From contig JBBDWT010000038.1 in NCBI GenBank assembly GCA_040902705.1, positions 1 through 43,965 on the forward strand: 43,965 nucleotides of DNA. Reading direction: 5' to 3'. This document shows, in pieces, positions 1-8,936 of the stretch (position 1 is its first letter; every line of letters starts with the position of its first letter). This DNA comes from Acidimicrobiia bacterium (lineage in GTDB: Bacteria > Actinomycetota > Acidimicrobiia > IMCC26256 > PALSA-555). The notes beneath the pieces were generated by a model. It was given only the letters and a program-made list of their open reading frames with translations. It searched no databases and had not been told where the DNA came from. The translations under genes were made by a program, and so were the position numbers.

Positions 1-202
1 CGAGCTCCAGATGGCGCAGATGAACCAGCGCCTGTCCGGCATCGACACCTTCTTCCTCTCTACCAGCCCGCAGTACTCGTTCCTCTCCTCGAGCCTCGTG
101 CGCGAAGTCGCGCGCTACGGCGGCGACGTGTCGAGCATGGTGCCGCCGGTGGTCGCCAAGCGGCTCGCCGAGCGGTACGGGGACACACCCAATCCGGCAT
201 GA
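1..202 (+). CDS. coaD: phosphopantetheine adenylyltransferase, C-terminal fragment (5' end lies outside the window)
   Basis: The frame is open from the window edge to TGA 200-202. The tail ...[34 protein letters not shown] matches the conserved CoaD C-terminus. It sits upstream of yceD-rpmF, as in other Actinomycetota. Confidence 0.8.
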   Translation, partial: ELQMAQMNQRLSGIDTFFLSTSPQYSFLSSSLVREVARYGGDVSSMVPPVVAKRLAERYGDTPNPA

Positions 203-774
203 GCGAGCGCGACGCCAGCGCGCTCGAGGACCTGCTGTTCGATCTGCGGGATCTCATCGAGACCGCGCGGACGATGCCGATGTCGGCCTCCGTGCTCGTG
301 AACCGCGACGAGGCGCTCGCGATCGTCGAGGACGCGCTGAACACGCTTCCCGAGGAGCTGCGCCGCGCGCGCTGGCTCCTGAAGGAGCGCGACGAGTTCC
401 TCGCGCAGGCCAAGCGCGACGCGGACGTGATCGTCGACGCCGGGCGCACGCAGGCCGAGCGGATGGTCGAGCGCACCGAGATCGCCCGCGAGGCCCGCCG
501 ATCGGCGGAGCACGCGCTCGCCGAGGCAGATGCGGATGCCCGTCGCCTCCGTCACGAGGCGGAGGACTTCGTCGACTCCCGCCTCGCCCGGTTCGAGGAG
601 ATGCTCGGCCGGACCCTCGCCGCGGTCCGGAGGGGCCGCGACCGCCTTCAGCCCGATCTGGCGGCGATGGACGCCGAGGACGCCCCGCCGGAGGACGACG
701 GCCCCGGTCTCGGACGGGGGTTCTTCGACCAGGACGGCCGGCCGCAGCCCCCGAGGCCCCCGATCACGCCCTAG
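199..774 (+). CDS. conserved coiled-coil protein (often annotated ATP synthase b-like or DivIVA-like); function unknown
   Basis: ATG 199 overlaps the coaD stop (ATGA). The 191-aa product is charged and heptad-like ([50 protein letters not shown]) with a Pro-rich tail. Coding-type GC3. Confidence 0.75.
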   Translation: MSERDASALEDLLFDLRDLIETARTMPMSASVLVNRDEALAIVEDALNTLPEELRRARWLLKERDEFLAQAKRDADVIVDAGRTQAERMVERTEIAREARRSAEHALAEADADARRLRHEAEDFVDSRLARFEEMLGRTLAAVRRGRDRLQPDLAAMDAEDAPPEDDGPGLGRGFFDQDGRPQPPRPPITP

Positions 775-913
775 CGAGGCCCCGCAAGGGTTTTCGGCGG
801 TCGCGCTATCCTGGTCCGCTGCCGCGTTCTCGAGTCAACCGATCCGAGCGCGAGCCACCCGCCGCACCCCATCCGCCGCACCCCAGGGCAGCCCGGTGCA
901 CCGGTCCATTGGT

Positions 914-1378
914 ATGTCCGAACTCGCCATCGATGTCGCCGATCTCGTCACCCACCCGGGCACCCGGCGCGACGTCACCGTCGGTGCCGAGCTCGACGCG
1001 CTCCGCGGCTCGTCGGCCGAGATCGTCGGGCCCGTCGAGGTGGCGGTGTCTCTCGAGCGGATCAGCGAAGGCATCGTCGTGCGGGGCCGCGTCTCGGCCC
1101 GCTGGCGCGCCGAGTGCAGCGTCTGCCTCCGCGACGTCGAGCACGACCTCACCGTGCACGTCGACGAGCTCTTCGAGCCCACGCCGGTCGAAGGGGAGAC
1201 GTATCCCCTGGAAGGCGTGGAGCTCGACCTCGAGCAGATGGCGCGCGACGCGCTGCTCATCGAGCTCCCGCTGGCGCCGCGCTGCGACGAGCCGTGCGCG
1301 CCTTCCGATCCCGTTGCATCCGCCGCTGACGAGCCGGCCGACCCTCGCTGGGCGCCGCTCGCCGAGCTCGAGCTCTGA
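914..1378 (+). CDS. yceD: YceD/DUF177 family protein (ribosome-maturation associated)
   Basis: Internal ATG 914 of track ORF 530..1378. The upstream part of that ORF is R/S/P-rich and overlaps the previous gene. The product has CSVCL...PRCDEPC cysteine pairs and lies immediately upstream of rpmF, the classic yceD-rpmF pairing. Confidence 0.85.
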   Translation: MSELAIDVADLVTHPGTRRDVTVGAELDALRGSSAEIVGPVEVAVSLERISEGIVVRGRVSARWRAECSVCLRDVEHDLTVHVDELFEPTPVEGETYPLEGVELDLEQMARDALLIELPLAPRCDEPCAPSDPVASAADEPADPRWAPLAELEL

Positions 1379-1399
1379 TCCACAGCCAAGGAGTCCCTG

Positions 1400-1579
1400 A
1401 TGGCCGTCCCGAAGCGCAAGACGCCCCGGTCGAAGACGCACTCGCGTCGTTCGGCGAACCGGAAGCTCGTCGCGCCCCCGCGCTCGCTGTGCCCGAACTG
1501 TGGCACCGCGAAGATCCCGCACGTCGTGTGCCCCACCTGCGGTTGGTACAAGGGTCGCCGGGCCGTCGAGGTCGACTGA
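1400..1579 (+). CDS. rpmF: 50S ribosomal protein L32
   Basis: Not in the ORF track because it is only 59 aa. ATG 1400 is preceded by AAGGAG (1388-1393). The translation is MAVPKRKTPRSKTHSRRSANRKLVAPPRSLCPNCGTAKIPHVVCPTCGWYKGRRAVEVD, with the L32 MAVPKRK start and a CxxC...CxxC zinc ribbon. TGA at 1577-1579. Confidence 0.95.
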   Translation: MAVPKRKTPRSKTHSRRSANRKLVAPPRSLCPNCGTAKIPHVVCPTCGWYKGRRAVEVD

Positions 1580-1643
1580 CCGCGAGGATGATCATGAGCG
1601 GCGAGCGGCCCGGAGGGCGCCGGACCGGCGAGCGAGCGCGACC

Positions 1644-2646
1644 GTGGTGACGGCTCGGGATGGGACCCGCGTCGTCGCCGTCGATGCGATGGGCGGCGAC
1701 CGCGCACCGGGCGAGATCGTCGCCGGCGCGGTGCAGGCCGTCGAGCAGCTCGACGTGCGGGTGCTCCTCGTCGGGCGTACGAGCGAGATCGAGCCGCTGC
1801 TCGACGGCGCGTCGTCCGACCGTCTCGAGGTGGTCGACGCGGCGGACGTGATCGCGATGGACGACGAGCCGCTCGGTGCCGTCCGCAAGCTCAAGGACTC
1901 GTCGATCGTGCGCGCGGTCGAGACCGTGCGCGAGGGACGTGCCGATGCCATCGTCAGCGCGGGCAACACCGGCGCGGTGACGGCGGCTGCGGTGCTCCGG
2001 CTCGGGCGCTTCAAGGGCGTCCCCAGCCCCGCGATCGCGTGCCCGCTGCCGATCCCGCACCACCACCCCCAGCTGCTCGTCGACGGCGGCGCCGTGGTCG
2101 ACCCTCCGGCGGAGCGCCTCGTGCAGTACGCGCTCATGGGCCGGGAGTACGCGCAGGCCCGCTGGGATATCGCCGAGCCTCGGGTCGGCCTGCTGTCCAA
2201 CGGTGCGGAAGCCGGCAAGGGAGACGAGCTGCGCAAGCTCGCCCACCCGCTGCTCGAGCAGGTCGACGGCTTCGTCGGCAACGTCGAAGGCAGCGACTTC
2301 CTCGACCCCGACATCGTCGATGTGATCGTCACCGACGGGTTCACCGGCAACGTCGCGCTGAAGAGCCTCGAAGGCGCGCTGCGCTCGATGGCAAAGCTCG
2401 TCTTCGGCGTGCTCGACGCCACGCCCGAGGCCCGCGAGGCCGCGAAGGTCGTGATGCCCGGGTTCCTCGAGCTCGCCGGGTCCTACGACCCCGACGTCAG
2501 CGGCGGCGCCGCGCTGCTCGGCGTCAAGGGGCTCACCATCATCTCGCACGGGTCGTCGTCGGCGCTCGCCATCGTCAACGCGATCGCGGTCGGCGCCGAG
2601 TGCGCGCGACGCAACGTCGTGGCCCGCCTTCAGGAGGCCGTCGCCG

Positions 2647-2657
<11 letters not shown>
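1644..2657 (+). CDS. plsX: phosphate acyltransferase PlsX
   Basis: C-terminal ~337 aa of track ORF 1500..2657. VAVDAMGGDRAPGEIVAGA, SAGNTGA and TDGFTGNVALK are PlsX hallmarks. The start is placed at GTG 1644 (or 1647), downstream of the rpmF stop. Confidence 0.9.
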
Positions 2658-2942
<285 letters not shown>

Positions 2943-2946
<4 letters not shown>

Positions 2947-3686
2947 CGCGCGACTCGGCGGTGGCTGCACTGGAGACGGCACTCGGTCACGAGTTCCGCG
3001 ACCGCGACCACCTCGAGCGAGCGCTCGTGCACCGATCGTTCTGTGCCGAGCACGCCGACGCCGAGTCGAACGAGCGCATGGAGTTCCTGGGCGACGCGGT
3101 CCTGGGCCTCTCGGTCACCGACCACGTCTTCGCGGCGTATCCGTCGCTGCCCGAGGGCGAGCTCGCGAAGCTGCGCGCGTCCGTCGTGAACGCGGAGGTG
3201 CTCGCCGCGCTCGCGGTCGAGATCGAGCTCGGGGCTGCGCTGCTGCTCGGCAAGGGAGAGGACACATCGGGCGGCCGCACGAAGGCGTCGATCCTCGCCG
3301 ACGCGATGGAGGCGGTGATCGCCGCGGTCTACCTCGACGGCGGCTGGATCGCGGCCGATGAGCTCGTGCTGCGCCTGCTGGGTGAGCGCATCCGCGAGGG
3401 CGCGACCGGTCCGGGCGGGCACGACTACAAGACGCGGCTCCAGGAGCTCGCGGCGCGCCGGTACGACCAGCTGCCGCGCTATCAGGTGCGCGCGGAGGGC
3501 CCTGACCACTCGAAGCAGTTCTTCGCATCGGTGGCCATCGGCGGCGAGGTCCGGGGCGAGGGTGAAGGTCGTTCGAAGAAGCAAGCAGAGCAAGCTGCCG
3601 CACGCGCGGCATGGGAACGCATGGGTGTCGACGCCGACGATGCGCTCGCCTCCAGCCCGATCGGCGTGGGAGTGGACGATGCCTGA
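2943..3686 (+). CDS. rnc: ribonuclease III
   Basis: Contains the RNase III signature NERMEFLGDAVLG and a C-terminal dsRBD (DYKTRLQELAARR...GEGRSKKQAEQAAA). ATGA overlap with the acp stop. Confidence 0.95.
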
Positions 3687-4515
3687 GCTTCCCGAAGTCG
3701 AGGTCGTGCGCCGCGACCTCGAGCGCGAGATCACCGGTCGGCGGGTGAAGGCGGTCGAGGTCGACGGCATGCGCTCGGTTCGCCGCCACCACAACCGTAA
3801 GCAGTTCATCAACCGGCTCGAGGGCAAGAAGATCGTCAGCATCGATCGTCGTGGCAAGTACATCCTCGCCCGGCTCGATGGCGACGACGTGCTCGTCATC
3901 CACCTCGGCATGTCGGGGCAGCTGCTGCGTGCGAAGACGTCGCGCGAGACCCGACCCAAGCACACGCACGTCATCATCACGTTCCAGCAGGGTGGTCAGC
4001 TTCGCTTCGTCGACCCGCGCACCTTCGGTGAGATGTTCGTCACCGAGGTCGACGCGCTCGCCAAGGTGAGCGAGCTCTCGCATCTCGGCCTCGACCCGCT
4101 CGAGGCGCCGATGTCGTGGGAGACGTTCGGCACGCTCATCTCGGGGAAGCACGCCAAGCTGAAGTCGCTCCTGATGGACCAGAAGTTCGTCGCCGGCATC
4201 GGCAACATCTACAGCGACGAGATCCTCTGGGGTGCCGGCCTGCGTTGGGACCACATGAGCGACTCGCTGTCGTCGCAGGAGGTGCGCCGTCTCTACCGAT
4301 CGATGGTCGAGACCCTGCAGGACGCGGTGAAGTACCGCGGGTCGTCGCTCGCCGACCAGCAGTACGTCGACATCTTCGGCAAGCCCGGGGAGTACCAGAA
4401 CTACCACAAGGTGTACGCACGCGAAGGCGAGACGTGCCGCCGCTGCCGCCAGCCGATCGTGCGCGAGCGCGTAGGTGGTCGTTCCACGTACTACTGCCCG
4501 GCCTGCCAGGTGTGA
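3679..4515 (+). CDS. mutM: formamidopyrimidine-DNA glycosylase (Fpg/MutM)
   Basis: Internal ATG 3679 of track ORF 3358..4515 gives the MPELPEVE N-terminus (catalytic Pro2/Glu3). The H2TH region and C-terminal zinc finger CRRCRQPIV...YYCPACQ are present. It overlaps rnc by 8 nt. Confidence 0.95.
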   Translation: MPELPEVEVVRRDLEREITGRRVKAVEVDGMRSVRRHHNRKQFINRLEGKKIVSIDRRGKYILARLDGDDVLVIHLGMSGQLLRAKTSRETRPKHTHVIITFQQGGQLRFVDPRTFGEMFVTEVDALAKVSELSHLGLDPLEAPMSWETFGTLISGKHAKLKSLLMDQKFVAGIGNIYSDEILWGAGLRWDHMSDSLSSQEVRRLYRSMVETLQDAVKYRGSSLADQQYVDIFGKPGEYQNYHKVYAREGETCRRCRQPIVRERVGGRSTYYCPACQV

Positions 4516-4805
4516 CGTCGTCCGACGGACGCGTCCGTCGGCGCGTCACGATCTCGGGTCGCGTGCAGGGCGTGTGGTTCCGTGACGGCTGCGCGCGTGA
4601 AGCGCAGGCGCGCGGCGTCGACGGGTGGGTGCGCAACCTTGCTGACGGACGCGTCGAGGCCGTGTTCGAAGGTGACGCACCGGCGGTCGACGCGATCGTC
4701 GAGTGGTGCGGCCACGGACCGCAGCGGGCGACGGTGCGTGCCGTCGAGGTGGTCGACGAGCTCCCGATCGGTGCCACCGACGTCGGCGGCTTCGCGATCC
4801 GCTGA
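4512..4805 (+). CDS. acyP: acylphosphatase
   Basis: GTG 4512 overlaps the mutM stop (GTGA). The 97-aa product has the V.G.VQGV.FR motif (ISGRVQGVWFRD) and GWVRNLADGRVE. Confidence 0.85.
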   Translation: MTSSDGRVRRRVTISGRVQGVWFRDGCAREAQARGVDGWVRNLADGRVEAVFEGDAPAVDAIVEWCGHGPQRATVRAVEVVDELPIGATDVGGFAIR

Positions 4806-4908
4806 GGTGCCCGACCCCCCGAATCGTCCCTGACCTGCCCCGATGCGCCGTCCGCGGGGCCTCCTGACCGCATCGCTACGATCCGGCGCAGGGGAAGGAG
4901 TCCGCCGC

Positions 4909-7803
4909 GTGTTCCTCAAGTCGCTGACGTTGAAAGGCTTCAAGTCGTTCGCCGACAAGACGGTGCTCGACTTCGAGCCGGGCGTCACGGTGGTCGTCGG
5001 TCCGAACGGCTCGGGGAAGTCGAACCTCGTCGATGCCGTCGCGTGGGTGCTGGGCGCGCAGGGGCCGCGCACGCTGCGCGGCGGGAAGATGGACGACGTC
5101 ATCTTCGCGGGCACCCCCGAGCGGCCTGCCCTGGGGCGCGCCGAGGTCGCGCTCACGATCGACAACTCCGCGCACCTCCTCCCGATCGACTTCTCCGAGG
5201 TGACGATCAGCCGCACGCTCTTCCGGACGGGCGGTGAGTCGGAGTACGCGATCAACGGCGTCGCGTGCCGATTGCTCGACATCCAGGAGCTGCTGTCCGA
5301 CTCGGGCATCGGCCGCGAGCAGCACGTCATCGTCGGTCAAGGTCAGCTCGACACGATCCTCACCGCGTCACCCGCGCAGCGCCGCGCGATCGTCGAAGAG
5401 GCAGCCGGGATCTTGAAGTACCGCAAGCGCAAGGAGCGCGCGGAGCGACGGCTCGTCACGAGCGAGGGCAATGTCCTGCGCCTCAACGACCTCCTGCGCG
5501 AGGTCCGCCGCCAGCTCGCGCCGCTGCAACGCCAGGCCGAGGCCGCCCAGCGCCACGGATCGGTGGTCGATGAGCTGCGCGCGATCCGGCTGCACCTGGC
5601 CGGTCACCAGATCGCCGGATTCCAGACGCGCCTCGCTCGCCTGCACGACGAGCGCGTCGAGCTCGAGCGACGCCAGGCCGAGCTGCGCGGCCGGCTGCGC
5701 ACGCTCGACGACTCCGTGATCGACGCGGAGCACTCGCTGACCGCACTCGGCGCCGAGGGTCTCGCCGACTGGATGGTGCGCGTCGAGGCGCTGCGAGAGC
5801 GCGGGCGCGGCATGGCCGCGCTGCTCGACGAGAAGCGGCGTGGTGTCGAGCGCGAGCTCTCTGCCGCGGCCGACGAAGGTGTCGTGGAGACCTTGGTCGC
5901 CGACGCGGTCGCGCTGCGCAACCAGATGGCCGCGCTCGATGCCGAGGCGCTCACGCTGCCCGGCACCGACGCGCTGCTCGCCGTGGAGGTCGCCGAAGAG
6001 GCGCTGCACACGGCGGAGACGCGCTGGCGTGGTGCCGAAGGCGACGCCGCGCGGGCGCGCGCTCGGGCGGATGCCATCGAGCAGCAGCTGCACGCGGCGC
6101 GCACCGACGCCGCGGCCGGCGAGCTCGAGCACATCGCGGGTGTCGTGGGTCCTCTCGTCGACCACCTCGAGATCGAGCCCGGCACCGAAGCCGCGGTCGC
6201 GAGCGCCCTCGGCGATGCCATGCGCGCGGTCGTGGTGAGTGGCGACGACGCGGCGCGCTCCGCGGTCGAGCGCCTTCGTCACGGCGATGCCCACGCGCTG
6301 GTGCTCGTCGTCGACGCGGGGCGCACCCCGCCGTTCCCCGGCTTCTCCGCGCCGGCAGGCTCTCGTCCGCTGGCAGACGTGGTCCAGACCCGCGTCGCGG
6401 GGCTCGACTCGGTGCTGGCGCGGCTGCTCGCGAACGCAGTGCTGGTGTCCGACTGGCGCACGGCCCTCGACCTCGTGCTCGCCGATCCGGAGCTCGTCGC
6501 CGTCACGCCCGAGGGCGACCGGTTGGGCGGCGTCGGGCCGTGGAACGTGGGTGGCGCGCACGGCGCCGCCGTCACCCAGGGCGCATTCGACGAGGCGCTC
6601 GATCGCGCCACGAGCGCCGAGGTCTCGCGGGCCGAATCCGAGCGGACGGTCGAGACCGCTCGGGCCGCGCTCGGAGCGGCACGCGCCGCCGAGGTGCGCC
6701 GAGCCGCGACGGAGGAGCGTCGCGCGCTGCTCGCGGCCCGCCTCGGTGAGGTCGAGATCCGCCTGGAGAGCCGCGATCCGATCGCACAGGCGGAGGCCGA
6801 GCGGGCGCGCCGCAACCTGCTCGAGCGCGACGCGGTCTACGCGACCCTTGCCCGCCGTCTTGCGGATCACCGCCACGCTGTCGACTCGCTGCACGACCGA
6901 CTGCGCGAGCGGCGTCGTCGCGAAGCCGAGGCGGCACGCGCCTCGGGGGAGCAGCTCGACGAGCTCCGCCAGGAGCGTGCCGGGCTCGAGCGCGAGCTGC
7001 TCGAGGTGCGCGAGCTCTTCTCGCGGGTCGAGATCAACGAAGCAGAGTCGCGGGTGAAGCTCGAGTCGTCGGTCGAGGGCCTGCGCACCGAGTTCGACGT
7101 CGAGCCCGCGGTCGCGCTCGACGCGCCGAAGCCCGAGGTCCCCGCCGGGACGACGCTGGCCGGTCGGGCTCGCGAGCTCGAGCGCGACCTGCGGGTGATG
7201 GGGCCGATCAACCCGCTCGCGCTCGAGGAGCACCGCGTGCTCCAAGAGCGCGCCGACTTCCTCCAGGGTCAGCTCGACGACGTGCGCAACAGCCGCCGTG
7301 AGCTGAACCGCGTCATCCGTGCCGTCGACAAGGAGATCATCGCGGTCTTCGAGCATGCGTTCACCGATGTCGCCGAGCACTTCACGAGCCTCTTCTCGAC
7401 GTTGTTCCCGGGTGGCAGCGGCAAGCTCTCGTTGCTCGACCCCGACGACATGCTCGAGACCGGCATCGAGATCGAGGCGCGCCCGTCGGGCAAGAACGTG
7501 CGTCGGCTCTCGTTGCTCTCCGGCGGCGAGCGCTCGCTGACCGCGCTCGCGTACCTCTTCGCGGTGTTCCGCGCTCGCCCGTCTCCCTTCTACCTCCTCG
7601 ACGAGGTGGAGGCGGCGCTCGACGACATGAACCTCCACCGGTTCCTCGACCTGGTGCACGAGTTCCGCAACGAGGCCCAGCTCGTCGTCGTCACCCACCA
7701 GAAGCGCACGATGGAAGCGGGCGACCTGCTGTACGGCGTGACGATGCCACCCGGGGGCTCGACTCGGGTCGTCTCCCAGCGCGCTGTCGACGTCAGCGCG
7801 TAG
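4909..7803 (+). CDS. smc: chromosome partition protein SMC (short-armed, 964 aa)
   Basis: GTG 4909 follows GGAAGGAG (4893-4900). The N-terminal head is FLKSLTLKGFKSFADKT...GPNGSGKSN. A hinge is present (VGPLVDHLEIEPGTEAAVASALGD...). The C-terminal head has LSGGERSLTALAYLFA and FYLLDEVEAALD. Confidence 0.93.
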   Translation: MFLKSLTLKGFKSFADKTVLDFEPGVTVVVGPNGSGKSNLVDAVAWVLGAQGPRTLRGGKMDDVIFAGTPERPALGRAEVALTIDNSAHLLPIDFSEVTISRTLFRTGGESEYAINGVACRLLDIQELLSDSGIGREQHVIVGQGQLDTILTASPAQRRAIVEEAAGILKYRKRKERAERRLVTSEGNVLRLNDLLREVRRQLAPLQRQAEAAQRHGSVVDELRAIRLHLAGHQIAGFQTRLARLHDERVELERRQAELRGRLRTLDDSVIDAEHSLTALGAEGLADWMVRVEALRERGRGMAALLDEKRRGVERELSAAADEGVVETLVADAVALRNQMAALDAEALTLPGTDALLAVEVAEEALHTAETRWRGAEGDAARARARADAIEQQLHAARTDAAAGELEHIAGVVGPLVDHLEIEPGTEAAVASALGDAMRAVVVSGDDAARSAVERLRHGDAHALVLVVDAGRTPPFPGFSAPAGSRPLADVVQTRVAGLDSVLARLLANAVLVSDWRTALDLVLADPELVAVTPEGDRLGGVGPWNVGGAHGAAVTQGAFDEALDRATSAEVSRAESERTVETARAALGAARAAEVRRAATEERRALLAARLGEVEIRLESRDPIAQAEAERARRNLLERDAVYATLARRLADHRHAVDSLHDRLRERRRREAEAARASGEQLDELRQERAGLERELLEVRELFSRVEINEAESRVKLESSVEGLRTEFDVEPAVALDAPKPEVPAGTTLAGRARELERDLRVMGPINPLALEEHRVLQERADFLQGQLDDVRNSRRELNRVIRAVDKEIIAVFEHAFTDVAEHFTSLFSTLFPGGSGKLSLLDPDDMLETGIEIEARPSGKNVRRLSLLSGGERSLTALAYLFAVFRARPSPFYLLDEVEAALDDMNLHRFLDLVHEFRNEAQLVVVTHQKRTMEAGDLLYGVTMPPGGSTRVVSQRAVDVSA

Positions 7804-7848
7804 CGGGCGGCCGCGGGATCGAGCGCGTCGTTGGGGTACAACTGACCC

Positions 7849-8907
7849 GTGCTCGTGCGTGGCCTCCTCTTCCAGTCAGCCGATGCCCAGTCCGTGGCGT
7901 GCGGGCCGCGCGGCGATCGTGCATGGCTCTGCAGCACCGTCTACCGGATCACGGGCAACGAGGACGCGGCCGAGGTCGCCGACGCGCTCGCCAAGCCGCT
8001 GCGCATCGTGCTGGTGCTGGTCCTGGCGTGGATCCTCGCCCGGGTCTTCCGCAAGATCGTCACGCGCACGGCCAAGAAGCTGCGTCGGCGGCCGCGCGCC
8101 GCCGCTCTGAGCGACGGCACGGTGAACCCGGCGGTCCTCGACGATCTCGCCCGGCGTCGGTACGGCCAGCGTGTCGACACGCTCTCCTCGGTCTTCCGGA
8201 GCATCGTCACGATCGCAGTGTGGGTCGTTGCCGCGCTCGTGATCCTCTCCGACCTCGGCGTCGACCTCGCGCCGCTGCTGGCGAGCGCGGGTGTCGTGAC
8301 GGTAGTGATCGGCTTCGGCGCGCAGCAGGTGGTGCGCGACTACCTCGCGGGGCTGTCGATGCTGCTCGAGGACCAGTACGGGGTCGGCGACGTCATCGAC
8401 ATGGGCGAGGCGACGGGCACGGTCGAGGAGGTGAGCCTGCGCGTGACGCGCCTGCGCGACGTCGAGGGCATCGTGTGGTGGGTGCCGAACGGCCAGGTGA
8501 CGAGGGTGGGCAACAAGTCGCAGCAGTGGTCGCGCGCGTTGCTCGACATCGCGGTCGCGCCTGAAACCGACACGAACGAGGCGACCAAGGTCATCCAGGA
8601 CGCGGCCGACGAGATGTGGCACGACCCGGCCTGGCGCGACAAGCTGCTCGCCGAGCCCGAGGTGTGGGGCGTCGAGGACGTCGGCATCGGTGGGATCCTG
8701 ATCCGGCTCGTCGTGAAGACCGTTCCGCTCGAGCAGTGGGACGTGTCGCGCGAGCTGCGCGCTCGGATCAAGCGAGCCTTCGACGCGGCGAAGATCCGGC
8801 TGCCGGTGCAGCAGCAGCGGATCACGTACGAGATGGGTGGCGCCGTGCCCCCGTTCGCGGCCTCCCCCGACGACGCGGGTGACGCCGCAGCCGACGACGG
8901 GCCCTGA
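7849..8907 (+). CDS. MscS-family mechanosensitive ion channel
   Basis: TM helices are followed by the MscS beta-domain signature GFGAQQVVRDYLAGLSMLLEDQYGVGDVIDMGEATGTVEEVSLRVTRLRD..G....VPNG. Confidence 0.85.
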   Translation: MLVRGLLFQSADAQSVACGPRGDRAWLCSTVYRITGNEDAAEVADALAKPLRIVLVLVLAWILARVFRKIVTRTAKKLRRRPRAAALSDGTVNPAVLDDLARRRYGQRVDTLSSVFRSIVTIAVWVVAALVILSDLGVDLAPLLASAGVVTVVIGFGAQQVVRDYLAGLSMLLEDQYGVGDVIDMGEATGTVEEVSLRVTRLRDVEGIVWWVPNGQVTRVGNKSQQWSRALLDIAVAPETDTNEATKVIQDAADEMWHDPAWRDKLLAEPEVWGVEDVGIGGILIRLVVKTVPLEQWDVSRELRARIKRAFDAAKIRLPVQQQRITYEMGGAVPPFAASPDDAGDAAADDGP

Positions 8908-8936
8908 CAGATCGACCGGTAGGCTCGACGTTCCCC

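Noticed and set aside
530-913. N-terminal 128 aa of track ORF 530..1378
   Set aside because: It overlaps the 3' half of the coiled-coil gene (199..774) in another frame and is R/S/P/T-rich. The DUF177 homology begins at ATG 914.
5368-7698. 776-aa ORF on the - strand inside smc
   Set aside because: It is an antisense shadow of smc. It has no recognisable domain, and its composition follows from the complement of GC3-rich codons.
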